NCBI GenBank assembly: GCA_037447605.1 | Contig: CM074816.1 | Span: 186,001-250,000, forward strand | From: Zygnema circumcarinatum SAG 698-1b | Lineage: Eukaryota > Plantae > Zygnematophyceae | Reading direction: 5' to 3' | Length of the DNA: 64,000 bases | In this document: positions 1-19,569 of the stretch, in pieces | How positions within the stretch are numbered: position 1 is the stretch's first letter | Layout of the letters: each line of letters begins with the position of its first letter | Position numbers and translations under genes: made by a program | The notes under the pieces: model-generated | The model's input: the letters and a program-made list of their open reading frames with translations, nothing else | The model's database searches: none | What the model was told of the DNA's origin: nothing

Positions 1-3889
<3,889 letters not shown>

Positions 3890-4763
3890 GGATAAATATG
3901 GGTATAAATGGGTATAAGGGTGGGTGTTACATACTCACAAAAGGGTATAGATAGGTTTATTTATGAAGCGAGTTTTCGGTTTGTGATGGAAAGGAAGGAG
4001 CCTTTAGAGTTTTGTGCAGGGAACAGAACAAATTTTGAGGCCTCAGATGGAAGCAGCGCTGCTTTCATCCTGCCAGTTCTACGAGCCGGTTCAGTTCAGT
4101 TCAGTTCAGTTCTATGGCTCTTAGCACATAGAACGTATATAAAATTTTGGGGTCAAGATTGCAATGCCTCGGTAGTTTGCTCTCCTTTGAACATATCGGA
4201 AAGATTTCCTTGGTATATAGAGGAGGCGGCGAATAGAAAGGGGCTAGAAATGTAAATATCTAGTGAGCAGATGGAGGGACCGTACGTAGACACGAAGGAG
4301 GTCTTTTCTGTTTGACAATTAGAGAGAAAACAATTCAATGTAGGCGACTTTCATTGAAGGAATTTCTTTTATTCGAGAAACTGAGACCTCCATATTGAAA
4401 AATGTATGAAAACTTGTTGGAGGGCGATGGGGTTCCAACCGTGAACCTCCGCCTCGCGATGTGCTTCCAACGGAAAACTGGCCAGGTAACGCGCACAACA
4501 CAACGCTAACTGAACTAGCAGTTGTTTAAGGTGTAGCAGATTTGACGACCCATTTCTTATTTGTACTGTTTAAAGTTATCTCATGCGGAGAGAACCATTT
4601 GAAAAACGGATGAGCCACATTCTCTTTACAATAACTGAATAAAAACCTGAAGGCAGGGAACACCTTGCAATGTGCCAACAACCACAATACAACCCCATTG
4701 TTTACCCTACCCCCCACACCCCCTCAACCCCCAACCCTCCACCCTAAACCCTACCCCTAATCA

Positions 4764-7367
<2,604 letters not shown>

Positions 7368-7752
7368 GGCGGGTCTTGAGTCGATTAATGGCTTCTGCTA
7401 CAAGAACAATCGGCTTCAAAAAGGAAAAAAAATGCTCGTTTGCTTGAGAAATTCTTCTGAACTCTAAGCCTGCACTCGAAACCCTAATCCTTAACCCCTA
7501 ATCCTGGAACCCTAAAACCTGCAAACCCTTCTTTTTAAAAAACAGAGAGCAAGCAGCAGCAGACCTTTTGCCCCGGAGTTTGGAATTGGGCTGTACGGAC
7601 GGAGTTCGTACACTGAATGGTACGGTCACGAGCAAGATTTGTACGGTACGGCCGCAAAGGGTCAAGGCGCCGGCTTGGGATTGGATAAAGGGCAATCCGT
7701 TGGCCAGCGGGGCAAGGAAGGGGACCTTTGGGGACGACCCCATCTTGTGGCG

Positions 7753-7985
7753 CCATGGGATGTTATTCATGTCCCATGGGAGGTCGTTCATGTCCAATGG
7801 GATATCGTTCATGTCCCATGAGATGCTTTTCTTGTCTCCTGGGATGTTTTCATGTCCTAAGGTTTTTTTTCATGTTTTATGGGATGTTTTCATTCCCATG
7901 GGATGTTGTTCATGTTCAATGGGATGTTGTTCATGTCCCATAGGATGTTTGTTCATGTTCAATAGGATGTTGTTGTTCACATCCT
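7753..7985. repeat. Degenerate ~21-bp tandem repeat (CATGGGATGTTGTTCATGTCC), about 11 copies, upstream of FLU
   Basis: Read directly from the sequence. Confidence 0.8.
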
Positions 7986-8913
7986 TGGGACATTTCGGCC
8001 CTTTCGCATGTCGCCATTCGTGTAGATTCTACCACCAGGGGGACATTCATGTCAAGCTCGCGAGTCAAGCTGGGTCAAGGCTGGTCCAGCTCGGCGCGTC
8101 GGGCACGTGGCGCCATGAGGACGACCCCGCGCGAACGTGTTCGCACGGGGCCGTCGGCCTGCGCTGAGCGCGGCGGCCACGCTGCGGCACGTGTGAACGC
8201 ACTTTTGCACGCGACAAAAATCTCGGCCAATATCTTCTCGATATTGTTGACAATACAGTATCGCGATAACATCGAACCAGTATTATCTTGTCAATGCGCG
8301 ATGTGAGCGTTGTTGTTGGGCCTAGAAGCGGCGGTCCGCTCGCAGCCTTTGGTTCGTTCATGGGTCGTTGGTGGGCGGCTCGCATTGGTTCTGCGTTGTG
8401 CCTTTATCGCACGTGCCTTTGATGGGGTCGCCGTTAGGAGATCAACGCCAATCGTCTTCAGCGACGAAGTCAAACTATGAAAGACTATAGGGAAAGGCAG
8501 GATATGGAGTGATTGAAAGAATGGAAGACAGGTCAACAACTCCTCACAATTATGTTTGTTTTCATATATATGTACAGTTTCCAAAGAGAAAACATACACG
8601 CAATGATGTTATCCCCTCTACCTTAACACGTTTGGTGAAGGAAAAGGAAGCTGGAGGAGTTATGTCTTTGAAGGTAGCTCACAGCATTTTCATCCATGCG
8701 TACGAATCACAATCGCGGGCCAACATTTTTTTATTTAAGAAGAACAAGCAAGTATGAGGTGGGTGGCTTCGACCTGCGAAAAACAAAAAAAAGTTTGAAA
8801 GTTTCACGGTTTCCCCAACCGTGTTTTGATAGGACGCTATGCGATGCGAAAGTAGTGCTTGCAAGGTCTGTGTGAGTGCCATGGATGCAGTTCTTTGGGT
8901 CGCGACTGCTCCT

Positions 8914-8964
<51 letters not shown>

Positions 8965-10262
8965 CTTGTGAGACATGTTTCACATTGTACTATGCCCCCC
9001 GTGTGGTCGCGTCCTCGTGAAACCAACGGCTAGGTAAGCAAACAACGACTGGGCGACTTCACAAGCAACCATTGAATCCAATGGTTGCCAACCGACCAAC
9101 CATTGGATTCAACGATTGCCAAACATTGCCAATGGTGATGGGCTGTAAACGTTTGACACATGCGAACCATGTTGCGTGGCCAACACGCCAACCCCCCCTC
9201 CTTTCCTACCACAACCGCACGACACGTGTCCCCAAAAACCGTGAATAAACCAAACCAATATCTCGCCCGAACTATTCCGAAAATTTCACATAGAGCTCCG
9301 CTATCCCCTCCCTAGCACATCCCTATCCCCGCCCTCCAATAACGCGCCAAGGAATTCCCATCCCATAACACCAGCCCTGACCGGAAGGTTCTCTGCAGCT
9401 TCCTTCCTTCCCCGCCCGCCCGCCCGCGCCCCGTCGCTCCCCGAACGGTTGTCCTGCGCCGCGGATAGCTCCGCGGCCCCCGCTACACGACAAAGGCATC
9501 CGCCCCTGACGTGGTCCCAGTTGGTCGCCGCGTGTCGATGGGCTCGCCACGTGTCCTGCGTCTTATCGTGACGTGGTCAAAGGCGGCGGGGGCCCGCCCG
9601 GCTGACACGTGCCAAATTTATTCCGACAGAATCGTTCAGTTTTGTCGTTTCGGGCTCACTGTGGACGAGCGCCGTCTGGACGGATGCGCACAGTAATGGA
9701 CAAACTGTACGGAGGAATACACCGACTGTCCTGCCAGAATCTGGCTGTACGATCACGCGTACGAATTAATGTACGGATGGCGGCAACGACGCCGGCCGCG
9801 ACAGAGCGGGAACGTGTCGCTGAAAACGACGGGGACGGTTACCGACTCCGTACACCCAAAATTGGCAGTATGCGGCCTATACCCCATTTGGACCCGAGCT
9901 TTCCCCAACGTCACCCTGATTGCGACGCCCAATCATTTGTGACGCGGCAGCACCCGCTCAACTTCTATCTTGCAATTCTAATTTCAATCCTGATCATCCC
10001 TACCTTAAAACACATTTTATTTTGAAACAAATTACCAGTCAGGACGCTTCCGCCGTCAGTCGCCCCCTCTGCTTAAAAACGTGTGTTCTGACACGTCCGG
10101 GATCCGCCGCCAGCGTGCGCCGCTGCGGACGGGCGGGGACCGGAAGGCCGCCCGTTCTTAGTCGCTGCTCGGTCCACCGGAGGTTTCCCTCTCTCTCTCG
10201 TTCCCTTTCTCTCTCTCCCTGGTCGTCGGTTTCTTGCTGTGTACTACTCCCCGGGTTCGTCC

Positions 10263-10268
10263 TATAAA
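10263..10268 (+). promoter_or_regulatory. Candidate TATA box (CCTATAAAGG) followed by a CT-rich leader
   Basis: About 320 bp upstream of ATG 10585; motif and position only. Confidence 0.4.
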
Positions 10269-10584
10269 GGCTCTCTCTCGCTATCGTTCTCGGTGGAAGC
10301 AGACGTCTCATTCTCGGTCTTCGCTTTCTTTCTCTCTGCTGGTCTCTGTCGGCCTGCGCCTTCCCCCACCCCCCCCACTGTGGATCTCTGCCACTGCTAC
10401 TTCCCTCGCCCCCCTCCTTCGTCCCCACTCTCCCCTGTCTCTCTCTCGCCTCATTTTTTTTTCTTTCTCCGACTCTCTCTCCCCCCTTGTTTTTTTCTTC
10501 TTGCTCCGAACTCTCTGTACCCCCAAAGAATGGCTCATTAGAAGGGGAGCGCCGCCTCGCAGGCTCGCAACTGCCCCAGCCGCC

Positions 10585-11880
10585 ATGGCGGTAGAGCTGG
10601 CACGCGTTCACCGGCAGATATGCCTCCACGTGGCCTCCGGAGAGATGGACAGCTGTGAGGAGGACCTCTCCTTCTCCCTCCTCCCCGCGGAGCTTCTCGA
10701 GGAAGGCTGCTGGGAGGAGGACGCCTCCTCCGACCTCGACTGTACGGATCTCCGTGTGGATCCCGCTGTTCCTCTCTCCGTAGAACAGAAGGGGGAAGCA
10801 GGGAACACGCCGTGGACGAATCTTGCAAGGTTTGAGGAGGGAGGGCGGCCATGGTCGTGCAGTCTGGCGACTGCGGAGGCGAAGGAGAGGGCGGCGGACG
10901 CCATGGAGGGCTGGTATCCCCGCCACTCCCCTCCTTCCTGTTCGCCGGATTCGGCCAATAGGGAGCTGACACGTGTCGACCCCACCGACCCGTTCTGTGC
11001 GGCGTGGTCGCCATTGCGCATGAATAAGGGAACCAGAAACTGTAACGGAACGGACCTTTCGCCAACTTCTGTGTTGCTATCCCCCCTCGACAGTGAGGAC
11101 TCAAAGAAATGCCACGTGGCATCAGCACGCTTTTCCCGGCCGGATGCTCTCCCTTGGGGGAGAGGGTGTGCGGATAGCTTTAGGGAGAGCAGCAACGCAA
11201 CTGCGTCGGATGGAGGGTTCCATGTGGCCAGGGCCGCAGAAGAGGTGAAGGCTGTAGCGTCCCCGACCGTGTCGATTCCGGCTGTAGCGCACTCGTCCCC
11301 TGGCGGCTACAGCCGGCGACACCAAGACAGAGAGCTCCGCTGGCAACGGAACTCCAGACATGGAGTGCACGGAACTGACAACGGAGGGTCGGCCCTGTTC
11401 GTCGCCGTCCCAGCACAGAAACCAGTTAGGGTTACAGAGTCGCAGGACTTTCACTCCAGCCGGCGAGGCCATGGCGGCCATGAGGCTGCAGGGCCCTCCC
11501 ATGCTCGCCACATGTCATGGCCAGGCGGCCATGAACATGGCCCGGCCGGGCGGCAGCATGGAGGAGGCACGCGCACGGACATGGTCTCCATAGACCAGAG
11601 CGTGTTGAAAAGAGGGAGGGTTGCTGCAGGCGGGGGGGGCAGCAGCCATGGCGGAGCTGGGACAGGCGTCTTCCTGCCGAGGACGGCGGCGGAGGTGCCC
11701 GTCCAGCTGGGGAAGAAGGGGCAGAGGCGGTCGCGTGTGCTCCTACCGAGCTGGCTTGTGGCCACATTGGGGCTGAACCTGGACGGGAATAATAACGTGA
11801 TACTGAGCAGGGTGCCGGCGGTGGTGCCCGTAATGGCCGTACAGAGGGGCGCTTTCTTGAGGCAAGACCTGGCGGCTTGA
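10585..11880 (+). CDS. Intronless plant GTGVFLPR-motif protein (family loosely annotated 'TIP41-like', AT3G54000/AT2G39870 type), 431 aa
   Basis: Open frame with GCCATGG start context; motifs SLLPAELL (N-terminal), GTGVFLPR and RVLLPSWLVATLGLNLD. Confidence 0.8.
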   Translation: MAVELARVHRQICLHVASGEMDSCEEDLSFSLLPAELLEEGCWEEDASSDLDCTDLRVDPAVPLSVEQKGEAGNTPWTNLARFEEGGRPWSCSLATAEAKERAADAMEGWYPRHSPPSCSPDSANRELTRVDPTDPFCAAWSPLRMNKGTRNCNGTDLSPTSVLLSPLDSEDSKKCHVASARFSRPDALPWGRGCADSFRESSNATASDGGFHVARAAEEVKAVASPTVSIPAVAHSSPGGYSRRHQDRELRWQRNSRHGVHGTDNGGSALFVAVPAQKPVRVTESQDFHSSRRGHGGHEAAGPSHARHMSWPGGHEHGPAGRQHGGGTRTDMVSIDQSVLKRGRVAAGGGGSSHGGAGTGVFLPRTAAEVPVQLGKKGQRRSRVLLPSWLVATLGLNLDGNNNVILSRVPAVVPVMAVQRGAFLRQDLAA

Positions 11881-12744
11881 GCAACAGGGAAAGTTGCAGT
11901 TACCGTTACCGTTACAATCCCGTTCTACTATTTGGCGTTACAGGTTTTTATGTGCCGAATTTGGAAATTCATTTCTTTTTCTTTTTCTTATCCTTTTCCT
12001 TAAAATTTTGTTTCTGGGATTTTGGCCCGCCAATAAGCGCGCTTTCTGCACGTCGACAAAGGGGGAAATTGTTTTTTTCGGAAGAAGTCGACCAATAAGA
12101 GGCAGGCACGTGGCAACCGCCTGAACATGTCGGGCAACAGAATTTATTTTTCTGCTGCCCTGAAGTTCCCCCGCTTTGCTAGAATAAGCAGCGCAGCGCT
12201 TCCTGCACAGGACACAAAAGGTTTCCTTCGGCCCGTTGGGCCCGTTGGGCCAATTTTGTAATTTTATCGACAGAAAAAAGTGGAGCCGAATTTTGGGAGA
12301 TTTATTCTGACGCTCAAATATTTGCTCTCATAGAAACCACGCCGAGCTGAAGCAGTACTCTGCGGGAGTGTGGTAGGAACGCGTGCTCCGCGAGACTGAG
12401 GAAGCAGGGTTTTGGAAAGCGGGGCTTAGGGCGGCCGGAAGTGTTTGGACAGCTCCTGTTGTTATTGTGAAGGCGTCACTCTGTATGCTATGGCGAAGGG
12501 GAGCAAGGGGTAGGGTTTAGGGCTGGGGGTGAAGGGCGTAGGTTGAAGGGGCATGCATAGTAGTGCTGTAACCGAGGCTTAGCTGCGGGCGGGGCTTAAC
12601 AGTTTTGGAAGTGGTCGGTTTTTGAACGTGTGTTAGTGAATTGAATTAAAGCGACCTTGTTTTTACGTCGTCGATGGTATCGTGCTTGTGAGGGCTTTGG
12701 CTTGGTGATGAAGGTGTTGATGGTGTGCGTTGCAGATGATGATG

Positions 12745-13885
12745 TTGTGTTCTGGCTGCAGATGAGGGTGTTGATGACCTGGCTGCAGATACGTTGTTGA
12801 TGACCTGGCTGCAGATACGTTGTTGATGACCTGGCTGTAGATGAGGGTGTTGATGACCTGGCTGTAGATGTTGTTGTTGATGACCTGGCTGCAGATGATG
12901 TTGTTGATGACCTGGCTGCAGATGATGTTGTTGATGACCTGGCTGCAGATGATGTTGTTGATGACCTGGCTGCAGATGATGTCGTTGATGACCTGGCTGC
13001 AGATGATGTTGTTGATGACCTGGCTGCAGATGAGGGTGTTGATGACCTGGCTGCAGATGAGGGTGTTGATGACCTGGCTGCAGATACGTTGTTGGTGACC
13101 TGGCTGCAGATGATGTTGTTGATGACCTGGCTGTAGATGAGGGTGTTGATGTCCTGGCTGCAGATGATGTTGTTGATGACCTGGCTGCAGATGATGTTGT
13201 TGATGACCTGGCTGCAGATGATGTTGTTGATGACCTGGCTGCAGATGATGTTGTTGATGCAGATGAGGGTGTTGATGACCTGGCTGCAGATGAGGGTGTT
13301 GATGACCTGGCTGCAGATGAGGGTGTTGATGACCTGGCTGCAGATGATGTTGTTGATGACCTGGCTGTAGATGAGGGTGTTGATGACCTGGCTGCAGATG
13401 ATGTTGTTGATGACCTGGCTGCAGATGATGTTGTTGATGACCTGGCTGCAGATGATGTTGTTGATGACCTGGCTGCAGATGATGTTGTTGATGACCTGGC
13501 TGCAGATGAGGGTGTTGATGACCTGGCTGCAGATGAGGGTGTTGATGACCTGGCTGCAGATGATGTTGTTGATGACCTGGCTGCAGATGATGTTGTTGAT
13601 GACCTGGCTGCAGATGATGTTGTTGATGACCTGGCTGTAGATGAGGGTGTCGATGACCTGGCTGTAGATGAGGATGTTGATGACCTGGTTGCAGATGATG
13701 TTGTTGATGACTTGGCTGTAGATGAGGGTGTTGATGACCTGGCTGCAGATGATGTTGTTGATGACCTGGCTGCAGATGAGGGTGTGATGACTTGGCTGTA
13801 GATGATGTTGTTGATGGCCTGGCTGTAGATGATGTTGTTGATGACCTAGCTGCAGATGATGTTGTTGATGATCTAACTGCACGTG
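12745..13885. repeat. 27-bp minisatellite GATGACCTGGCTGCAGATGATGTTGTT, about 40 copies with GAGGGT and TACGTT variants
   Basis: Read directly from the sequence; includes 26-bp units and one 9-bp deletion; no unique spacers. Confidence 0.95.
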
Positions 13886-14459
13886 ATGATGTATCCCATA
13901 AAAATTGATTATGCCCGACCACCTCACCATTTATTTGTACCTTTTATTTGGCATCTGTCCAAATGGCTCAAGTCAAAATGCTTGATAATTATTACAAACA
14001 AATTGCAGAGGTGACCAATTCTCACGAAGCCGTGATCACCCCTTTCTATGCTTGGATCTCTTTAATCCGACGCACCCAATCTGTCCATCCGCCGGTGCTT
14101 CGTCAACTGCCTTCATCTGACCTTTAAACCACCTGCCTAACTTGCTACTAAGAAAACTGAACATGATTTCGTGATCAAGCTTCTCCAGTTTTTTTTTCAG
14201 TCTGTGGTGCAAACGAGTCAAAAAAAGGGGCGCAATAGCCACAACGCTGTTTGTCGGTTTTTGTAACTGTTCAATAGTAGCATCACATCACGTCACGTCA
14301 CATCACACACATGTCGTGATGATGAGTGACATCCTGTAAGCATTCGACGTAAGCCGAAGGTGAAACCAAAGAATTTACAAATCCCAAAACTTGCAACTTC
14401 AAAAAAACTCAAATCTTCCAAATCTGACCCACGTTGCATGTACACATTTATCCGTTAAG

Positions 14460-16747
14460 TTACACGGGCAACCTCCTCAGCATGTAAAGCGCCATTTTCC
14501 ACTTCTCCAAACCGATCGTCCCCTCCCTCACAACCTCTTCAAGAGCCGCCGGAGCCCCTGCCGATAGCAGAGCCGGAAAATTCTCTTCGTCTGCTGAAAT
14601 GGCGTTCAAAATCGTCAACGCCGCCTCTCTAGCCAAAGGAGTCCCTTCGTTCAGCAAATTTACAAGCGGAAAAATGCCCCCCTGGGCAGCTATTGCCGCA
14701 ACATAGTCCGGCTTTTCCAAAATCGTTAAATTCCGCAATTTAAGCACCGCCTCCTCTATCTCGCTCAAGTCTCCGGATTTCGAATTCTCCAAAATTCGAA
14801 TGAGTTGGGGTATTGTGTCATTGGTGGTGACCTCCGGCGCTACAGGGACGGCCCTTAACCCTAAAATTGCCTCTGAGAGGGCGTCCTTGAGAGAGAGGGG
14901 GACGTTTGAAGCGAGGAGAGAGGAGAGGAGAGATGGAATTTCAGAACTTTCCAAAAGCGAATTTCGATGCTTTTCAAATACCGAGATTCGGGAAACTAAG
15001 TTTGCCGCTGCCAACTGGGCCTCCCAAATCTCTCTCTCCGTCACCTCTGCGGGCCCCTCTTCAGCTCGAAAAGCCGCCAGGCTGACGTCAGCATCAGCAC
15101 CTGCGACCGAAAATGACATCACGGGTTCAGGAGCAGGGTTTCAAACACTCAGGGTTCTCAGCATTTCAAAAAAAGGGACAACCCTAAATACCCTAGAAAA
15201 GCCTTCAAAACCCTAAAACCCTAACTTTCTTAGAATCTAAAGCCCTAAAAAAGCCCTAAAAGAAACCCTAATTTTCCACTCACTCAGAGGCTCTCCGCGC
15301 TGCAGAATGCTTTCGATAGCCGGAACGACTCCTGCTGACATCAGCACGGCGGCCTTTGTCTCATCCCGGGCGATAACGGCCAATAACGTCGCAGCTTTCT
15401 GCCTCCGTGGCAGCGTGCCATTGGCTGCCATTTCCACCAATGGCGGTACGCCTCCCGCCGCTATAAATCTTTCCCTACAAAATACAAAAGGTGGGAACAG
15501 GGTCATTACTGAACAGGAGCGCAGACCGAGGAAATTAGGGTTTCCGATTTCAGAACACAAAACGACAAAAACGAAGCGGGAGGGGAGAACTGAACAAAGG
15601 ATATCCTTAATATAGGCTATTCTTTCTTCTTTTTCGTTGAAACCACCCTTTTTTTTTTCACTTTTAATTTTTTATTTTGAATTTTTTACCTTGGATCAGA
15701 TTTTAGGGTTGAGACTTCTTTCAAAACTTCCTCGGCCTCTTCCTGCGCGCCGTGAAGGGCCTGCTCTTTTCCCGCGGATAAATCCACCAATCCGGGAATA
15801 GCCCCGACTTCTAAAGAATTTTCTTTGCTGCCCGCCTCGTCGGTCAGGAGCAAAAGAAGCGCCCCCACCACCTGCAATCTCGCCTCGTCACGAAAGGGTT
15901 TAGGGTTTGAGGTCCTAGAACTTCAAAATTTTGAAAGCATTTAAAGGTTTTTCGGGTCGAAAAGGGTCTCTGCAGGCTTTTAACATTCACGCACAACAGT
16001 CTAATTTGTTTAAAATATAACTGTACACATGTGAAAAAATCTCCAAGTTTTGATAGTCTTAGGGCCGAGATTTGCAATATTTTACCGCTTCCTTTACCGA
16101 TGCCGCAAAATTTTCATTCCGTAGAACGGCCACGAGGGCCTCCACCGCCTCCTGAGAGATGAGCGATTTACGGATTTCCGAACTGCGACCATGTAGCGGC
16201 GGGGCCCCAAAATCCCGGTCAGCCACAAACGCAATCAGGCGCAACCCAAAATCGTAAATCATGACTAACTCTTCGACCCTGAAACCCTAAACCTTGATTC
16301 CCTAAACCCTAACCCGTAAACCCTAAACCCTCAATCCTCAATTCCCAAACCTTAGTTCCCTAAACCCTTATCCCTAAACCCTATAATCTAAACCTTAATT
16401 CCCTCAACCCTAAACTCTAAACCTTAATTCCCTCAACCCTCAACCTTAAACCTTAATTCTCTCAACCCTTACCCCTCAACCCTAAACCTTACTTCCCTCA
16501 ACCCTCAACCCTCAACCCTCAACCTCAACCTCAACCTCAACCTCAACCCTAAGCCTTAGTTCCCTAAACCCTCAACCCTAAACCCTAAACCCCTAAACCC
16601 TAAACCCTACACCTTACTTCCCCCAACCCTCAACCCTCCACCCTCAACCCTAAACCCTAAACCCTAAATCCTAAACCCTAAACCCTAAACCCTAAACCCT
16701 AAATCCTAAACCCTAAACCCTCAACCCTCAACCCTCAACCCTAAACC

Positions 16748-16793
<46 letters not shown>

Positions 16794-17972
16794 ACCCTAA
16801 ACCCTAAACCCTACACCCTCAACCCTAAAACCCTAAACCCTAAACCCTAAACCCTCACCTCATCGCCAGCCTTTCCAGAGCCCTTGCCGCCCCCCCCGCG
16901 GCCCTCTCATTGTCCGTCCTCGCCAACGCGACGAGCCGCGGGCTCGCCCCGCCGGCGATTGCCGCCTTCCGATTGGCGGAGGAAACAAGAAAATCCGCCA
17001 TGGATTCGGCACCTCGAGCTGCCACGTCAGCGTCGAGGCTGAGCATATTGACCAATCGCGGGACGCCGTCCCACATGGGCATCACCGTCAGCCGTTCCGT
17101 TTCCGTTTCCGTTGGCGCTTCTGCGGCCATGGAAACTGTCAGTGGGAGATCCCGCCTGCTTTTCAGGAGCAGTTCTTGAAAACCCTAAATTTGAAAAATC
17201 TAAAAGCCCTACAAATCGTTGCACAAAGTTGGAACTCTAAAAATTGAACAATTCTCAGAAAGTCTGACGGCCAGAACAACCTTAAAAAAGGACGAAATCG
17301 ACAAAAAAAAATGGAACAACATGCTACGTAAAGCTCAGAGATCGTCCAGAAACATCGAGGAAGAGAAAAATAACTGAAACAAATGAGAAAAAAATGACTG
17401 GAAACTACCAATCTACAACCTAAGGTTTGACTGAAACTCACACTCACTTCCACTCACAGAAGTTTGCTGTGACGCAGTTCCGTTCCCTAGGATGGACTGA
17501 AACGAACGGAACGCTTCAGCACGGAGCACGGGCACCGCCACCAGGTCCTCCTCCACAAGGGCGGAGCGGTAAAGCGGGTCCGCCGCCATAAAGCCCAAAG
17601 CAGCCCTCGCCTCTCGCCGGGTCTCTTTGGAGGACCCCTCCTCATCCATCACAATTCTTGCCTGCAATGTGAACGCATAGAAATGGCAACATTCAGCAGG
17701 GCTGCTCTCCCTCCCTCTCTCTCTCTCTCTCTCCTTCTCTCGCTCGCTCGCTCGCTTGCTCGCTGTCCTCCCCTCCCCTTATCGTCTCTCTCCTCTCCTC
17801 CCTTCCCCTCTCCCTCTCTACCCTCTCCCCGTCTCGCCCTCCCTGCTCCCTCTCCCTCTCCCGTTCTCCCTCTCCCTCTCCCTCTCCCTCTCCCTCTCCC
17901 TCTCCCTCTCCCTCTCCTCTCCCTCTCCTCTCCCTCTCCTCTCCTCTCCCTCTCCCTCTCCCTCTCCCTCTC

Positions 17973-18010
<38 letters not shown>

Positions 18011-19569
18011 CTGCTCCCTGCTCCCTGCTCCCTCTCCCTCTCCCTCTCCCTCTCCCTCTCCCTCTCCCTCTCCCCTCCCTACAGCCTCACCAGCAGGGGC
18101 ACGCTCCCACACACAGCAAGGTGCTCCCAATGCTCCGCGTATCGAGCCACCGCCGCGAGGCAGCCGGCTGCCACCTGGCGTTCCATGTCCTCCGTAGAAC
18201 TGAGCATAATTACCAGCAACGGAACGGCCTGCAGATGAACCACCCTAGTGCAAACAGCCTCCTCCTTGGCCAGATTCCACAGAAGCCCCGCAGCCTGCTC
18301 CCTTACCTGCCATAGACAACAAAAATCAAAATAAATTCAACCCAAAGAAGTCACCCCAAATCCCAAAAACAAAACCCAAAAAAGCCCCGTCTCTCTCCCA
18401 CCCTCTCTCTCACCTCTCCCGCGCTCCCTCTCCGCTCCAAAGCTCCTACCGCCGCCTCCACCCCTCCCGCCTCCGCTACTGCCTTCCTCCCCTCCTCCGT
18501 GATAGCTATGTTCCGCAGAATCCCTCCCGCTGCTTGCGCCGTCTCTTCTCTCTCACTCTGTAGGGCCATCACTATCAGCGGGAGGCCGCCCGGCACACAC
18601 GCCACCTCTCCCGCTCTCTCTCTCCCCCCCATGGAGTGCGCCCACAGCACTCCCATGGCCTCCTCTCTCTCCTCCGCAGAGCGATGGAGCTCAAGCCTGC
18701 TAACAACGAGGGAGAGGTCACCCTCACAGGGAATGAAGGGTGGCACGCCTCTCTCTTCCGGCTTCCTGGCAGCTTCCTCTCTCCCTCCATTTTCGTGCAT
18801 TTTTAGGAGCTGCTCAAAGTATTCAGGCGGGTATTCGTAGGGTTCGGGGGCGTCCCAATGCCACGCCTGCAGGACCCTTCCGAGGAGAGAAGGTTTACCC
18901 TCTCCAGAAAAGAGGGTTTAGCGTTGAAAAAATCACTTTCACGTTTCAAAAGAAGAGATCATCATCATCAAAAGACGAGAGAGTAAAAAACAAAAACGGG
19001 GAGGGCGGGGAGGCAGGGCTGCAGGAACATTATATGATGAGATTATCCCAGAAATAAAAATAAGTGAAAAAAAGGAAAGGTTTATTAATTGACTAAAGAT
19101 AATAAGCAGAAAAAAAACAACAGTTGTGCAGACTCACCATATCCTCCGGATGAAAATCTCCCTCCTCCTCGTCTCCCACTTCCCCTCGTTCCTCCTCTCC
19201 TTCTCCATCTCCCTCTCCGTCTCCTTCTCCCTCTTCTCTCCCTCCTTCCATCCCTCCTGCCGATCCGACAGCGGGAACTTCCACGCAGTTTCTGCTGCTT
19301 CCGCTAAAGACGGAGCCAATCAGAGAGAAACGAATCGTTTTAAATTCACCAGAACTTCGCACCCACTGCTGCCGAAATTTAGGGTTAGGGCTGACATCAG
19401 GGCTAGTCTCAGGGCGATTATCAAAAGCAGAGCTGCCCCCTTGCCTACCATGGCGGAAATTTGAGCGAGCTGACAGAGCCAATAGAGAGAGAGGACTGAC
19501 AGAGCGTCTCTCTAGAGGGAGGGGCGCAGTAGGGAGGTGCCACGTGGCAGCGGCAGCCATGGCTTCCAT
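14460..19569 (-). CDS. ARM-repeat protein with transit-peptide-like N-terminus (AT1G23180-like). Exons 19569-19138, 18866-18414, 18306-18091, 17661-17458, 17184-16859, 16182-16086, 15871-15690, 15474-15284, 15100-14460
   Basis: Nine exons with consistent phases. EEREEAMGVLWAHSMGG, VREQAAGLLWNLA and SKETRREARAALGFMAADPLYRSALVEEDLVAVPVLRAEAFRSF resemble this plant ARM family. Confidence 0.88.
16283..16856. repeat. Intronic telomere-like tract (CCCTAAA/CCCTCAA)n
   Basis: Starts immediately after the donor of ARM intron 5 (GTGAGGG-TTTAGGG on the minus strand). Confidence 0.9.

Noticed and set aside
8755-8790. B-box-like GGCTTCGACC followed by an A-run (tRNA/SINE remnant?)
   Set aside because: No cloverleaf or A-box could be built.
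12596-13930. 444-aa and 419-aa repeat ORFs; possible CRISPR-like array
   Set aside because: Minisatellite with frame-shifting units, no unique spacers, no cas genes, and no supported start or splice structure.
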